A stretch of 64,000 nucleotides of DNA from Eledone cirrhosa. Lineage: Eukaryota. The position numbers and the translations under genes are program-made. The stretch lies in the NCBI GenBank assembly GCA_964016885.1, contig OZ024744.1, positions 26,350,001 to 26,414,000 on the forward strand, written 5' to 3'. This document shows positions 1 to 12,691 of this stretch, one piece after another (position 1 is the stretch's first letter; the number at the start of each line of letters is the position of its first letter). Below the pieces are notes generated by a model. That model worked only from the letters and a program-made list of their open reading frames with translations, searched no databases and was not told the origin of the DNA.

Positions 1-203
1 CTCCCTCCTCTTGGGCATATATTTTTCCATTAAATTTGAACATATGTTCCTTAAGAGGCAGACCACCTAGCATTACCTCAATGGCCAAGAAAACCCAGAC
101 AGATAGATTGGAACGGGTGGACCAGAGCCATACGTACCCCCGAAAACCACGATGAGCTAAAGAAAATGATTGCACATGCGGTGGGGGCCAGTATAAAATT
201 AAC

Positions 204-204
<1 letters not shown>
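1..204. mobile_element. PLE RT fragment with internal inversion (same family as 19384-22775)
   Basis: 53-204 matches 20912-21062 in the forward sense; the reverse complement of 1-54 matches 21064-21117; (TA)n follows. Confidence 0.85.
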
Positions 205-242
<38 letters not shown>

Positions 243-1023
243 TATATATTTATTTATATATAATATGCGCGTTACAAAATGTTGCCCAACTGTGTTAATG
301 TTTGCAACATCCAATCAATAAATAATGATGTAATTAGGACTAGGCACCCAACGTTATGTTTTTCTTTCCAACCCCGATGATAATTACGTAATGATGACAC
401 GACTGCTCGTGACAACAACTGTCAGTGGTCTTTTGTTAGAACAACATCGAATACAAGTCCGTCTCCTTGTTATTAGCATGTATTGCATTATGAATAACCT
501 GCATTGTGTTAGGAATATATTACCCAAGATGCTCTCTGAAAAGGTCGTGTTATTGATCATGTGATAACACAATTACGTACATAATAACCCTATAGAAATA
601 CGTATTTCATCATGTATATAAAGTATCGGCAAGAAATGCAAAAACCTATGTAAAATGAACAGACAAATGGATCGTTACTTTGTCAGCCACTTTGTTAGCA
701 GTGCAGTTTGGTGTATTAAGTTGGTACTGTTTTTTTTTTTAACATATAATGCCAGTTTGTACGATAGATCGAAGCCTGTTTTTTGGTAAGATACATGTGA
801 GACAATAACCAAATAGAAAAGGACGGGAAAATTCATTGTTGTCTTTCGACCAAAGGAGATGAATACGTGAAACTTTACAACTAGAATTAAAAATTAAATC
901 AATGGACTATATATATATACGTGTGTGTGTGTGTGTATAAAAGGTAAACAGAAATAACCATACAATCGGTACAGTATATGGAAGGAATATATTAGTTTTA
1001 CGCTGGACATAGCAGGAAGAAGG

Positions 1024-1059
1024 CCTTAACGTTTCGGGCGCTAGTCATTCATCAGAAGG
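1024..1059 (-). ncRNA. Degenerate minimal type I hammerhead ribozyme motif
   Basis: Minus strand cctt-CTGATGA-atgactagcgccc-GAAA-cg-TT-aagg; stem I intact, stem II decayed. Confidence 0.55.
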
Positions 1060-1264
1060 AAGAATGAGAAATTAAAAAGATTGAAGGGACGGGCGGGGTG
1101 GAATTGGAAAAAATTTATTAGAGAAAAATAATAGGTCCATTCATTCGTTGGATTTTCAAATTGGAATTTTACTCTGAAACTTGATATACACCCGGAAGTT
1201 CCACCAGGAAAACTTTTCGAATCACTGATATTTTCTATGCTTCTCGTATTGTATTGTTCATATA

Positions 1265-1335
<71 letters not shown>

Positions 1336-1347
1336 CTTATCATAATG

Positions 1348-1547
1348 GAAATAACAGAAGCAAACTATATTCCCTCATTATGATTTTTGTGTTTTTTTCT
1401 GTTCAAATTTAGCTGTCTGATGAGGTCATAGCTGTTGTATAAGGGTGACCACCGAAATGTATATAACAGTGAATATGGAAAACCAATGTTAAATTTAACT
1501 TGTTGACACATATTGTTTTAATTCACACCGGAGTAAACAGACCTACC
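1348..1547 (+). mobile_element. PLE pseudo-LTR-like non-coding unit, copy 1
   Basis: Homologous to 10407-10602; contains a hammerhead; lies between (TA)n runs. Confidence 0.65.
1412..1470 (+). ncRNA. Minimal type I hammerhead ribozyme motif
   Basis: gctgt-CTGATGA-ggt...acc-GAAA-tgtata-TA-acagt. Confidence 0.75.
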
Positions 1548-1630
1548 TGCGCACGATGTAGAGTTCTCTACCCCGACGACTGAGCTCCGGCCGTTTCAAT
1601 AGTTAGATCCAAACACATATGTAAATGTAT

Positions 1631-1726
<96 letters not shown>

Positions 1727-2071
1727 CTGAGTAGATTGAACAGATCAATTAATTCTTCTTTTGTTTTATTATTCATTTGTTTTATGTTTTTGTTTTACCC
1801 TTATTTTCTTATACCTCCTCCAACATCATTCAAACCCTCCACCCTCACCCTCACACGTAGGTCACCTCTTTTTTTCGTAATAAGAGGTCAAAATGTCAGG
1901 GAAGACAGCTGGACAGCGGCCAACATTTTTAAGTGGCGAAATCATGAAAATAAATAAATAAATATATAAATATACAAATAAATAAATATATTAATAAAAT
2001 GTAATTTAATTTAAAAAAGATAATTACGGTGTGAACTTACGATGACACTTGTGCACGTGATGATGAAAAAC

Positions 2072-2128
2072 GAAGAAGAAGAAGAAGAAGAAGAAGAAGA
2101 AGAAGAAGAAGAAGAAGAAGAAGAAGAA
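2072..2128 (+). repeat. (GAA)n microsatellite
   Basis: Direct reading. Confidence 0.95.
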
Positions 2129-2236
2129 ATCAGCTAAATGCTCTTAACCTTCAAAATCTAGAATATTACGAAATTTCAAAAGTTCAAGATATACAGATAG
2201 AAAACTATATAAACAGACAGACTGACAGATAGATAT

Positions 2237-2955
2237 GTTTCTTTATTTGCCACAGGGGCGTACACAAATGAGACATTACAGGACGTGACGGCGGGGGTTT
2301 TACATAAAAATAACTTTAACGTTAATAAATAACTATAAACTATATATAAAATATCAATTGAAATCCCCAATAGGGGGGAACGTTACTGCAGGGTTTTTTT
2401 ACACCCCGTGGATAGAACAACCCTCAATACCAGGAACACGTTTTGTAGGTGTTCCTGTCTTCCCTCTGTTTATCTTCCTCAACCTACAGGTTTATATACA
2501 TTCACCCACCTTTCAGCGAATTTACTGGGGTGTAGCACCTCTCTCTCCACTCTCACCTTCCTTCTGAAGTGGTACTTAAAGAAGGGGATAAGTTGTTGTC
2601 CGGAGAGAAAGGTGTTTGCCCTCAGTCCTTTTAACCTCGTCCACCATATTACCTCTTTCGCCATAGCCACCAGACATAGGAAAACCGCCTCTCGTTCGTT
2701 CTTAAATGAAGGCGGCGGGGTGATGCTCACGATGTACTCGGCTGAAAACTGGATGCGCTCCGCACGTGACAGCAGCTGTTTGACATAATTCCACAGATCG
2801 GTCACCCCTGGACACTGAACAATTGTATGCAGAACAGTTTTGATGTCCTGCTCGCATCTTGGACAGATCATTTTGGCAGGATCTCTGCCAGGGCGTCCAT
2901 GCCTGTAGATTTTGTCTCGAACTGGTAGAGCTCTTCGGTAGCACTGCCAGGCCAA
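2237..2955 (-). mobile_element. 5'-truncated Tx1/L1-like LINE, copy A
   Basis: ORF2 C-terminal zinc-knuckle region (CPRC...LHTIVQC), 3' UTR ending AATAAAGAAAC, then ATATCTATCT. Confidence 0.85.
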
Positions 2956-2971
2956 ATAGATAGATAGATAT

Positions 2972-5900
2972 GTTTCTATTTATTGCCACAAGGCCGCAAA
3001 AGAAGGGGATAAATACAAAGGGGGGAGTTTTCACAAAAGAACGAGTAAAAAAAAACAATAACAAATATAAAATTAACAATAAAGTCCTCAATAGGGAGGA
3101 GGCGTTTTGAGGGGTCACACACCCCCCCCCCGAAAAAGTGTGCAACCCTTCTCCTCAGGAGCACAGAGAGAGGGTGCTCCCTTGTTCTTACATATTTTTC
3201 ACCTACAGGCTGATATAGAGAAAAGGCCCATTCACACGGGTCATTCTCGTCACTTTCACCCACCTTTCATAAAACTGGCTGGGGTGGAGCACCTCTCTCT
3301 CCATCCTGATCCTTCTTCCGAAATGATATCGGAAGAAAAGGACCAGTTGTTGGCCAGAGAGAAAGGTGATTGACCTCAGCCCTTTCAAACGCGTCCACCA
3401 TACAACCTCTTTCACCATGGCTATTACGCACAGAAACACCGGCTCTCCTTCATTTTTGAAGAGGGGAGGCGGCTTGGTTGTTATAATGGACTCGGTGGTC
3501 AACCGGATAGGTCCCACCCGTGACAGTAGTCGTTCGACATAGCCCCACAGATCGGCAACGTCCGGGCAGTATACCAATGCATGCGCAACGGTTTCCTCGT
3601 CGCGCACGCATCTTGGACAGATCTTTTTCGAGGGGTCTCTCCCCGGGTGCCCGTATCTGTAGAGCTTTCTCGAACGGGCAGAGCCCCTCGGTAGCATTGC
3701 CAGGTCAGGGACCTCTGGAAGCTGTCCATAGGGTCCCGGGCTGAATGTCCTACCGAACAGGCTGGCCAGTTCGTCTTCCTCCATGACTAGGGCTTCTCCA
3801 AGGGCGTCGTCGCACTCTCTGCGTACCAGCCGTCTAGAGAATGTCGAGGTGGAATCTCCACTGATAGCCGGGTCGGCTTGCCAGAGAGCCGTGAACGCCT
3901 GGGCACACTCGGTGTGCCAGGCGCCCACTTTTCTCGGTCTTTGCTTGACTCAGGATTGCAACTCGGTGAGTGAGACGAGTCTCGGAAAGGTTCGTCTCCA
4001 AAACGGGGCCCACACCGGTTGACCGGTGAGGAAAACCTGGAGGTGCCGTAGCCTTAATGCGTGTTTACGCATCAGCAGCCACGGCATACCCAGCCCTCCT
4101 TTCGAAGGGTGTTGAGAGCAGATGGATCTCCTCACCAAAGGGGCCCACTTCTTCCAAAGGAATTGGAAGAATGCGCGCTCCATTTTGGTGAGCGTTTCCT
4201 TTGGGCAAGGCACGACGGCCAGGCGGTAGTAGATGACGGATGCTATATAAGTGTTCGCCACCTCCGCCCGACCTTTCAGGGATTATTTAACTCGGCCCAC
4301 TTCTGGGTTAGTGCAAACGCCCTGTCGTTTCCTCACCCCAGTTCTTCTCCACCTGGAGGTCTGGTCTGAATCAGACCCCGAGTAACTTCACCGGGCCCTC
4401 CGTCCAGCGTCCGACGACGCAATCGGAGGCCATCGATTTGCCCTTCCACGTGCCGAGTTGCAACCCGATCGACTTGTCCCGGTTTAGCTTAGCCCCTGTA
4501 AACCTTTCGTACTCCCCCAGTAAGGTGCCGATCGCTCCGATTTCCGAGGCGGTCGACGCCATTACTGTTACGTCATCGGCGTAGGCCGACACCGATTTAC
4601 GCAATCCCGGTTCCAGAGGGATGCCCTGCAACAACTCCAACTTCCGCAGCAGTGGCTCGAGGGCCAATACATACAGAAGGGAGGAGAGAGGGCACCCTTG
4701 TCGGATGGACCGCGTGATTTCGAACGCGAGCCGTTCACCTTGACTCTAGAGCAGATGTGGCTGCTGTGCATGGGAGTGATCCAGTCCCTGAAAACGGGTC
4801 CGAAACCAGCCGTCGCTAGCACCACATCCAGGTAACCATGGTCGACTCTATCGAACGCCTTAGATTGATCCAAGTTGATCAGGACTCCACCAAAGCCGGG
4901 TTCGTTCCCAACCCTCTCTATAATGTATCGCATAAGGTGGAGGTTGTCGTGTATGGACCTGGAAGGGATAGCACATGTCAGCGCATCTCCCACCAGGTTG
5001 CCCACGACAAGCGCCAACCTCTTTGCTAACACCTTGGCCAAAATCTTTAACTCTGCATTTAACAGAGTTATGGGCCTGAAATTACTTATTTCGTCTCCCT
5101 TGTTCTCGTCCTTCCTCACTAGCGAGACTACGCCCTTGGTCACAGAACAGGGAATTCTCCCGTTCTGTTGCCAGTTGCAATAGACCGCGTCGAGGAGATC
5201 GTGGAACAAGTCCGGCATAGCCAGATATAGTTCATATTGAAGACCATCGAGACCCGGGGATTTAGGTTTGCCGCATCGGCTCAGCATGTCCTCTATCTTA
5301 GCAGCTGAAATCGGCCCCTCGCAGGACTTCGCCTCCTCGTCTGAAAGACGCGGCAAGCCGTCGAGGTATGGACCGAAGTCCACATCGCCATCCGGCCCCG
5401 CCTCTCCCGAACAATCGGGCAAAGTGCCTTTGAAAGGCTTCAAGCATCTGCTTAGGTTCAAGGATCACCCGCCCATCCTGGTCTCGCAAAGGCCGGATAG
5501 TGGATCTAATCCTTATTTTGGCTCCTGTCACGCGGGCCCTGCTAACAACTTTGGTCCCCTCGTTTCCTACAGCACGTATTTTGCTTCGGACAACGCATCC
5601 TTCTTGCTTCGCGTCAAAGAACTGGCCCAAGGCCGTTCTCGACGCTAACACTCTGGCCACGTCGCCGCTTCTAATTGCCTCTTCTACACTATCTACCAAC
5701 TCCCTTTCCTTCCTATTTCTATCTGAGGCTAACCCCTTACTAAATCCTATTGAAACTACTCTAATCTCTCTTTTGAGATCCCCACCACCTGCTGTTGACG
5801 ATCGCTCCCGTCAACCGCACCTTAACTAAAGTACTAATCCGATCCTTGTACACTTTACATGTCGGTAGGGACAAGTTCAGTTTCCAGTAACCGCGTCCCT

Positions 5901-6690
5901 GGCTATGGGATATATCAAGGTTGTGTATGCAGGTCACTAATTTGTGATCCGAATAGCCAACCATGAGCATCGTTGAACAGCTTAAAAGGGCCCTATCCTT
6001 ATTTCTAACTAGGACTCTATCTAGGTACGACCTAGATGATCCGCTGCGGTTTGCCCAAGTCCATGTTGGCGCAGTCGGAATATCTAGTCGATATCTATCG
6101 GCCAGGTCAAATCGGCCGATTAACTCCTTGAGGCTGTTACCCCCTCTATCGGGACATGCCCCTACATAGTCCCAACGTGCATATAGGATACCATTCCAGT
6201 CCCCCACTAAAAGCAAGGAGAGGGACGTCCCTAGAAAAGTCTCCAGACGTTGGAAGAAATCCGGCCGCGCTGACCCAAAAGGGGCGTAGGCGGCGACCAG
6301 CCTAAAGGCTCCACCTTCACACTGCCAACGTCTAAAACCACCAGTCTACCCTCCGGGTCCAGGTGTACCGTCTGTGCGGCGAGACCCAGATGTTTTTGCA
6401 GCAGAACGACAACCCACCCTCACCTCCGGGTTGACAGAGAGATGCGTGCATCTCAAAGTCGTCAAAAGTAGGGGCTAGCTGGCGCACGTTGCTGATCCGG
6501 GCCTCGCAAATGACCATCACATTTATACAGCGTGATCTGACGTCATTTAGAAGTTTGACTTTCTTCCAATATGAGCCCAGACCACGCGCATTTAGACAAG
6601 CCACTCTCAATACAGCCATGTTGGTGGTAAAGAGAGAAAGGAGGCACCTACCTCTCTGCGTCCCGGGGACCAGGTCGCACAATTTCTATG
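2972..6690 (-). mobile_element. Tx1/L1-like LINE, copy B (complete but disrupted ORF2, almost no ORF1)
   Basis: APE endonuclease, RT and zinc-knuckle motifs in order; (TAGA)n on both sides. Confidence 0.92.
3203..6619 (-). pseudogene. LINE ORF2 (APE-RT), frameshifted
   Basis: MAVLRVACLNARG, GDWNG, SYLDR, SDHK, KSPGLDGL, FRPITLLN, DQSKAFDRV, AYADDV, GGLG across several frames. Confidence 0.9.
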
Positions 6691-6718
6691 GGTAGATAGA
6701 TAGATAGAAAGATAGATA

Positions 6719-7212
6719 ACTTTCTTTTTATTGGCCACCAGGGCATCAAAAGTGGGACAAGTACAAAGGAGGGAGTTTACATGCAAAGGCGTCCTCAATA
6801 TGGAGGAGCCAATAACAAGATATAAAAGTATAAAAATAAAATAAAATATAACAAATTAAATTTTATAACAAAATCCTCAATAGGGAGGAGGCGCCTTGGG
6901 GGGTCGCACACACCCCCGAAAAAAAGTGTGCAACCCTTCTCCTCAGGAGCACAGAGAGGGGGTGCTCCCTTGGTCTTTCATCTTCCTCACCTATAGTCTG
7001 ATGTAGAGTGAAGGCCCATTCGCACGGGCCATTCTCGCCACTTTCACCTATCTTTCATAAAAACGGCTGGGGTGCAGCACTTCTCTCTCCATCCTGATCC
7101 TTCTTCCGAAATGATATCGGAAGAAACGGATCAGTTGTTGGCCAGAGAGAGAGGTGTCTGACCTCAGTCCTTTCAGACGCGTCCACCATACAACCTCTTT
7201 CGCCATGGCTAT
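6719..7212 (-). mobile_element. 5'-truncated Tx1-like LINE, copy C
   Basis: ORF2 end (KEVVWWTRLKGL) plus 3' UTR homologous to copy B. Confidence 0.85.
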
Positions 7213-7235
7213 TAGATAGATAGATAAATAGATAA

Positions 7236-7306
<71 letters not shown>
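7213..7306 (+). repeat. (TAGA)n microsatellite between LINE copies
   Basis: Direct reading. Confidence 0.95.
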
Positions 7307-7776
7307 TATTTCTTTATTAGCCACAGGGGCACAAAAGAAGGGGACAAATACAAAGGGGGAAGTTTACATACAATAAAAACGTGTAAAATGTTATCACAGA
7401 TGGAATTTAAAAGTTAGTCGATTTTCCCCAATAGAGGGAGACAGTTTATATGGGTAACACAGACCCCCGAAAAAAATGTGCAACCCTCATCTCCAGGAGT
7501 ACGAAGAGCTTGTACTCCTTTCCTCTCCTCCTCCTTTTCCTCAACCTACAGGCTGATATAGAGAGAAGGCCCATTCACTCGGGCCATTCTCGCCACTTTC
7601 ACCCACCTTTCATAAAACTTGCTGGGGTACAGCACCTCTCTCTCCATCCTGATTCTTCTTCCAAAGTGGTATTTGAAAAAAAGAATCAGTTGTTGGCCGG
7701 AGAGAAAGGTGTCTGACCTCAGCCCTTTCAACCTTGTCCACCATACAACCTCTTTCGCCATAGCTATCACACAAAG

Positions 7777-7780
<4 letters not shown>
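7307..7780 (-). mobile_element. 5'-truncated Tx1-like LINE, copy D
   Basis: ORF2 end plus 3' UTR ending GGCTAATAAAGAAAT, then (ATCT)n. Confidence 0.85.
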
Positions 7781-7810
<30 letters not shown>

Positions 7811-7812
<2 letters not shown>

Positions 7813-8328
7813 TCTTTCTTAATTTGTCACAAGGGCGTACAAGAAATGGGACATTTCAACACTTGACGGCGGGGGTTTTACGTAAAAATCATATAACTTT
7901 AACATTAATAAATAAAAATAAACTATATATAAAATACAATAACAATCGAAGTCCCCAATAGGAGGAAACGTTACTGTGGGGTTGTTTTACACCCCGTGGA
8001 TAGAACAACCCTCAACACCAGGAACATGTTTTGTAGGTGTTCCCGTCTTCCCTCTGTTTAGTTTCCTCAACCTCAGGTTTATATACAGAGAAGGCCCATT
8101 CACTCGGGCTATTTTTGCCACATTCACCCACCTTTCAGCGAATTTACTGGGGTGTAGCACCTCTCTCTCTCTCCACTCTCACCTTCCTTCTGAATTGGTA
8201 CTTAAAGAAGGGGATGAGTTGTTGTCAGGAGAGAAAGGTGTTTGCCCTCAGTCCTTTTAACATTGTCCACGATATTACCTCTTTCGCCATAGCCACCAGG
8301 CAGAGAAACACCGCCTCTACTTCGTTTC
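7811..8328 (-). mobile_element. 5'-truncated Tx1-like LINE, copy E
   Basis: Homologous to copy A; followed by (ATCT)n at 7780-7812. Confidence 0.85.
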
Positions 8329-9016
8329 CAAATAACTTCCAATAGTTATTGACGCACTGGAGTTAGACATATTGTCTTTAATGCGTCGAAATGTCCGTGA
8401 TCTCCAGCAGACAACTGATGATGTCAATGTTCCCCGTTTATGATTTCCTCTTATTTCTAAATACACGTTATCAAGTAACCACGCAGTTACCTTTCTTCAA
8501 GTATTTTTATTAATTTTTTGCTGTGACCTGTTCTCTCTACCTATCTACTTTGTTGCTATTAACTTTTCCCTTTATTTCTTTCTCCCCCGTCTCTCTCCCT
8601 CTCACTTTTACTCTCGTTCTCTCTGCTACCCTGTTGCTTCTACCTTTCTCTCGCCTCTGTCTTTTTTCCCCTACTCTTGCAGAGGTCAGACCTGTTTTCT
8701 TTGCTCTCTCTCATTCATCAACAAAAGCCTCGGACTTATGTCCAGTAGCTGTGTTTGACTTCTCTCTTCCTCGCTCTCGGCTACTCATATACATACATAG
8801 GATTTCCATGTTTCCCTCTTTTTCGGTATGTTCTCTGTGATTTTTTTTTCTTTCATTTTCCCTTCTGTTATATGATTGCTCTCTCCTTTCCTCCCAATAA
8901 CTTCCAATAGTTATTGACGCACTGAAGCTAGATATATTGTCTTTAATGCGTCAAACGTCCGTGATCTCCAGCAGCCAACTGATGATGGCAATGTCCCCCG
9001 TTTGTGCTTTCCTCTT
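8328..9016. repeat. ~125 bp direct repeats (8328-8452, 8893-9016) around a pyrimidine-rich spacer
   Basis: aataacttccaatagttattgacgcactg...ctgatgatg...tttcctctt present twice. Confidence 0.8.
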
Positions 9017-9026
9017 TATATGTATG

Positions 9027-9119
<93 letters not shown>

Positions 9120-9837
9120 AACCACTTCAACACTGGATGGACGTGCATGGCCACCGCCATATCACAATGATTGCATAACTGAACCAATGATTGTGTAAGC
9201 ATCTCACGAAATCACATAATTAACCACGTAACAGAAATATATATAATACAATGAACAATTATAGTGATTTAATCGCCTCTTAACTCCCATTAACACTGGG
9301 CAGATTTCTTTGGTGCACGTTGACACCTAAGGACGGAAACTTTCCTCAAGCTATATGGATAGCAACCCTACCAAACTGAGTCCCAGAGACACCAACCCCG
9401 TCCACTGTACATTCCTCTCTTCTCATTTTGTCTGTATTAACATCTCAAAGTATCCCAAAGCCACACTAACCTAGAGTTTGGTCCCACGCCTTACTTTGCT
9501 TTTGATTTTCCCTTCTTTCTCACATCCTTAGTTATAATCCAAGTAGCTAACCACTAGCTATTTAGCGAGATATTATACGCTGGCAGACTCCTACCCTGGG
9601 TATCTCCATACACCCCACATTTCCACTCATCGGGTTCCAACATCCACCCTCAGTCTATAATCCGGACAAACTACCTCCAACCTAATTCCTTTCGAACATA
9701 AAAGTCAATACAAACTGTGATAAGTAAATAAGACGTACCTGTTATTTCTATTTTCACCCTCCTAAAGGATACATATGTGTCTATATATGAGTATGTATAT
9801 ATGTATGTGTGCGTATGTGCTTATATGTGTGTGTATG

Positions 9838-9879
<42 letters not shown>

Positions 9880-10406
9880 CATGTGTGCGTGAGTGTGTGT
9901 GTCTGTGTGTGTGTAAGTATGTAGATATATGTGTGCGGGTGTGTATTATATGTTTTCAATATAGATTATAATTTTAACACCTTTTACTATCAGGACTCTC
10001 AATATTGATAAGCATACACATTTCCAAATGAACCGATATTTGTTTACATATGTGCATTTTTTACTAACAGCTCCAATTCTACCAATCCTCACAATATGAG
10101 AGTAGTAGTAACATATTAACACTACTGCCACTAAGGTCAACTAGGTCACCTAGAATGTACCCCTATTTTCTAGATATATACAGTTATTATAGTTGGTTGT
10201 TAAAACAACCCTAGCCAACTGACATGGTTCCAGGGCAACTGACCTAAGAAATTCAATAGACTTGGTATTGGAATGGTGAGACTGATTCTGACCAATGAGA
10301 GGAAGGTGAATTCTAATGATGCTTGAATACGTTCATTCTAAATCATATGCCTCCAGTTCTTTGAGAAAACAACAGCATACTTCAGGCAGGGCATTAAAAA
10401 AGTTCG

Positions 10407-10653
10407 AAATAACGGAGGTAAACATAGTTCCGTCATTATGTTCTGTTTTTTTCTTTTACATTCTAGCTGTCTGATGAGGTCATAGCCGTTGAATAATGGT
10501 TATCACCGAAATATATATAACAGCAAATATGGACAAACGAAGTTAATTTTCACCTGTTGACTTTCACTTGTTTTTAAATTACTCCAAAACAAACAGACCC
10601 ACTTCGTTGAGTGGTTTACCCTGCATACTACAGTGTCGATAAACAACCAACAA

Positions 10654-10655
<2 letters not shown>
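10407..10655 (+). mobile_element. PLE pseudo-LTR-like unit, copy 2
   Basis: Homologous to 1348-1547; ends in (TA)n. Confidence 0.65.
10466..10524 (+). ncRNA. Minimal type I hammerhead ribozyme motif, intact
   Basis: gctgt-CTGATGA-ggt-c-atagccgtt-gaat-aatggttat-c-acc-GAAA-tatata-TA-acagc; perfect stem I, extended stem II, palindromic stem III. Confidence 0.85.
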
Positions 10656-10716
<61 letters not shown>

Positions 10717-10719
<3 letters not shown>

Positions 10720-12642
10720 AAAGGGTGAAGGATCATAGATGCAACTTCGAAACTGACCCTACTATTAGATTAATATGTCCATCAAAATCTGATATAGGCA
10801 AAATTAGCTAGATAGAATAATACCACAAATTAAAGAAAAACAAATATTTAAGCTCTGAGGTAACACTAACGAAGCAATTGATTGGTTTAGCAAATTAGAC
10901 AATAAAGAATTTTCCGACTTCATACAATTTGACATCAATGGCTACTACTCTTCTATCTCCCCAGTTACCCTAAATAAGGCACTAACCTTTGCACAAAAAA
11001 ACTCTGACCTAAGACCAGATGAAATTAAAATAATACTAACTGCTAGAAGAACAATCATTAGGTTCGATAATAGTTACTGGGAAAGAAAAAATAGACAGAA
11101 TAATGTCGATATAACTATGGGATCAAATGATTCAGCTCAGTTACGGACATTGTCGGAATATATATATAGCACATATCTTACATAAGGAATGTGATAACCT
11201 ACAAGGAGGAATTTATAGAGACGATACATTACTTTTAGCTAAAAACATAAATAATCAAAACTTAAAAAGATTACAGAAAAGGATTATAACATTCTTTAAT
11301 AAATTGGGCCTTAACATTACTTTTGAACCCAACTCCAAAAAGGCTAACTTCTTAGATGTATCACTTAACCTAAACACTGGACTAATAGAACCCTTCCATA
11401 AAAATAATGAAAATCTAGCTTACATTAATTATAACTCTAATCACCCTCGACCCATAATTAACTCCATAGCACATAGTATATCCCTTATAATCTCGTGCTT
11501 ATCATCTAATCTAGAGATTTTTAACGAACACGCTAACTACTACAACATAGCTTTACTTAAGGCAGGCCATAAAGAGAGACTCAAATACATAGCAGATACA
11601 AAAAAATAATAACACACTTAACAGAAATAACACTATCCACACCTATAGAAACAACAAATCTAGGACTAAACATAGAAATTGGCAACAAGCACGAGAATTA
11701 ATTGAACCGAATACTAATATAAAGACGACTAGAAACTATAGAAGATGCAGAGATAGAAAATACTTATGGCTCAATCCAATATTTAACTCCTCTATAAAAA
11801 CAAAACTACCTTACACTTTCTTTAAATTAGTTGACAAACACTTCTCTAAACTTCATAAATATCATAAAATATTTAATAGAAAAACTATCAAACTATCATA
11901 CTCCACTGCCAACAACATAGAATCGCACATACATACAATTAACTATAAGAGAATTTCTAATACAAGTAGCCCGCAAACAAGTACAATAACACCAAATAAA
12001 AAAACACAAACACATAACATCATCACAACCAAACATACATCAGAACACATCACGACAATACATCAGCAAACCAAATTCTCAGCCCATACATAAAAACATA
12101 CAAAACCATACCGAGGAACCGGCACATAGGAAGGCATCAGAATGTAACTGTCATCTACCGGATAAATGCCCATTACAAAATAGATGCCTAGAGTCAAATA
12201 TAGTGTACTATATATATATGTATTATAAATATATATATATATGTACTATATATAAATATGTACTATATATATATATGTATATATATATGTACTATAAATT
12301 CAGGCAACTTAGCATGGCACTATATAGGTTCCATAACGGGGAAGTTCAAGAAAAGGTGATATTTCCACAGACACTATAAATAACTGGAAGCTTATGAATA
12401 CAACAACGCTCGCCAATAACATCTGGCAGCTCAAAGATGCAAACCTGGAATACAGAATCAGCTGGATGAAGTTATGAACGGCAATAGCCTATAGAATTGG
12501 CATGTCCCACTGTGATCTTTGTAATGTGGAGCTATTCCAAATTTTAAAATACAATAAAATGCTACTTAACAGCAAAATTGAAAGAACTATTCTCTGTAGG
12601 CATAAAACGGCGACCAAATTTGATAACTTTAGACCAACTTAA
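10717..12642 (+). pseudogene. 5'-truncated PLE RT plus C-terminal GIY-YIG (probably Hydra-clade-like)
   Basis: KDHRCNF..IRLICPSKSDIGKIS, FDINGYYSSI, DITMGS, GIYRDD, NFLDVSLNL, SNHP, CNC..CPL..CL..NIVY, HYIGS, CDLC, LLNSK..CRHK; stops and frameshifts; clade call from recalled motifs. Confidence 0.85.
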
Positions 12643-12691
12643 TTCATCCCATCTATTCCATAACTCAAATTGTACCACTTAGATCTATTAT

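Noticed and set aside
8360-8430. Permuted (type II) hammerhead
   Set aside because: Stem I cannot pair and stem II is inconsistent between the two copies
12340-12500. In-frame TGA codons as selenocysteine, as in Naiad PLEs
   Set aside because: They fall at likely Trp or Arg positions, the Cys codons are normal, the endonuclease is C-terminal and the copy is frameshifted
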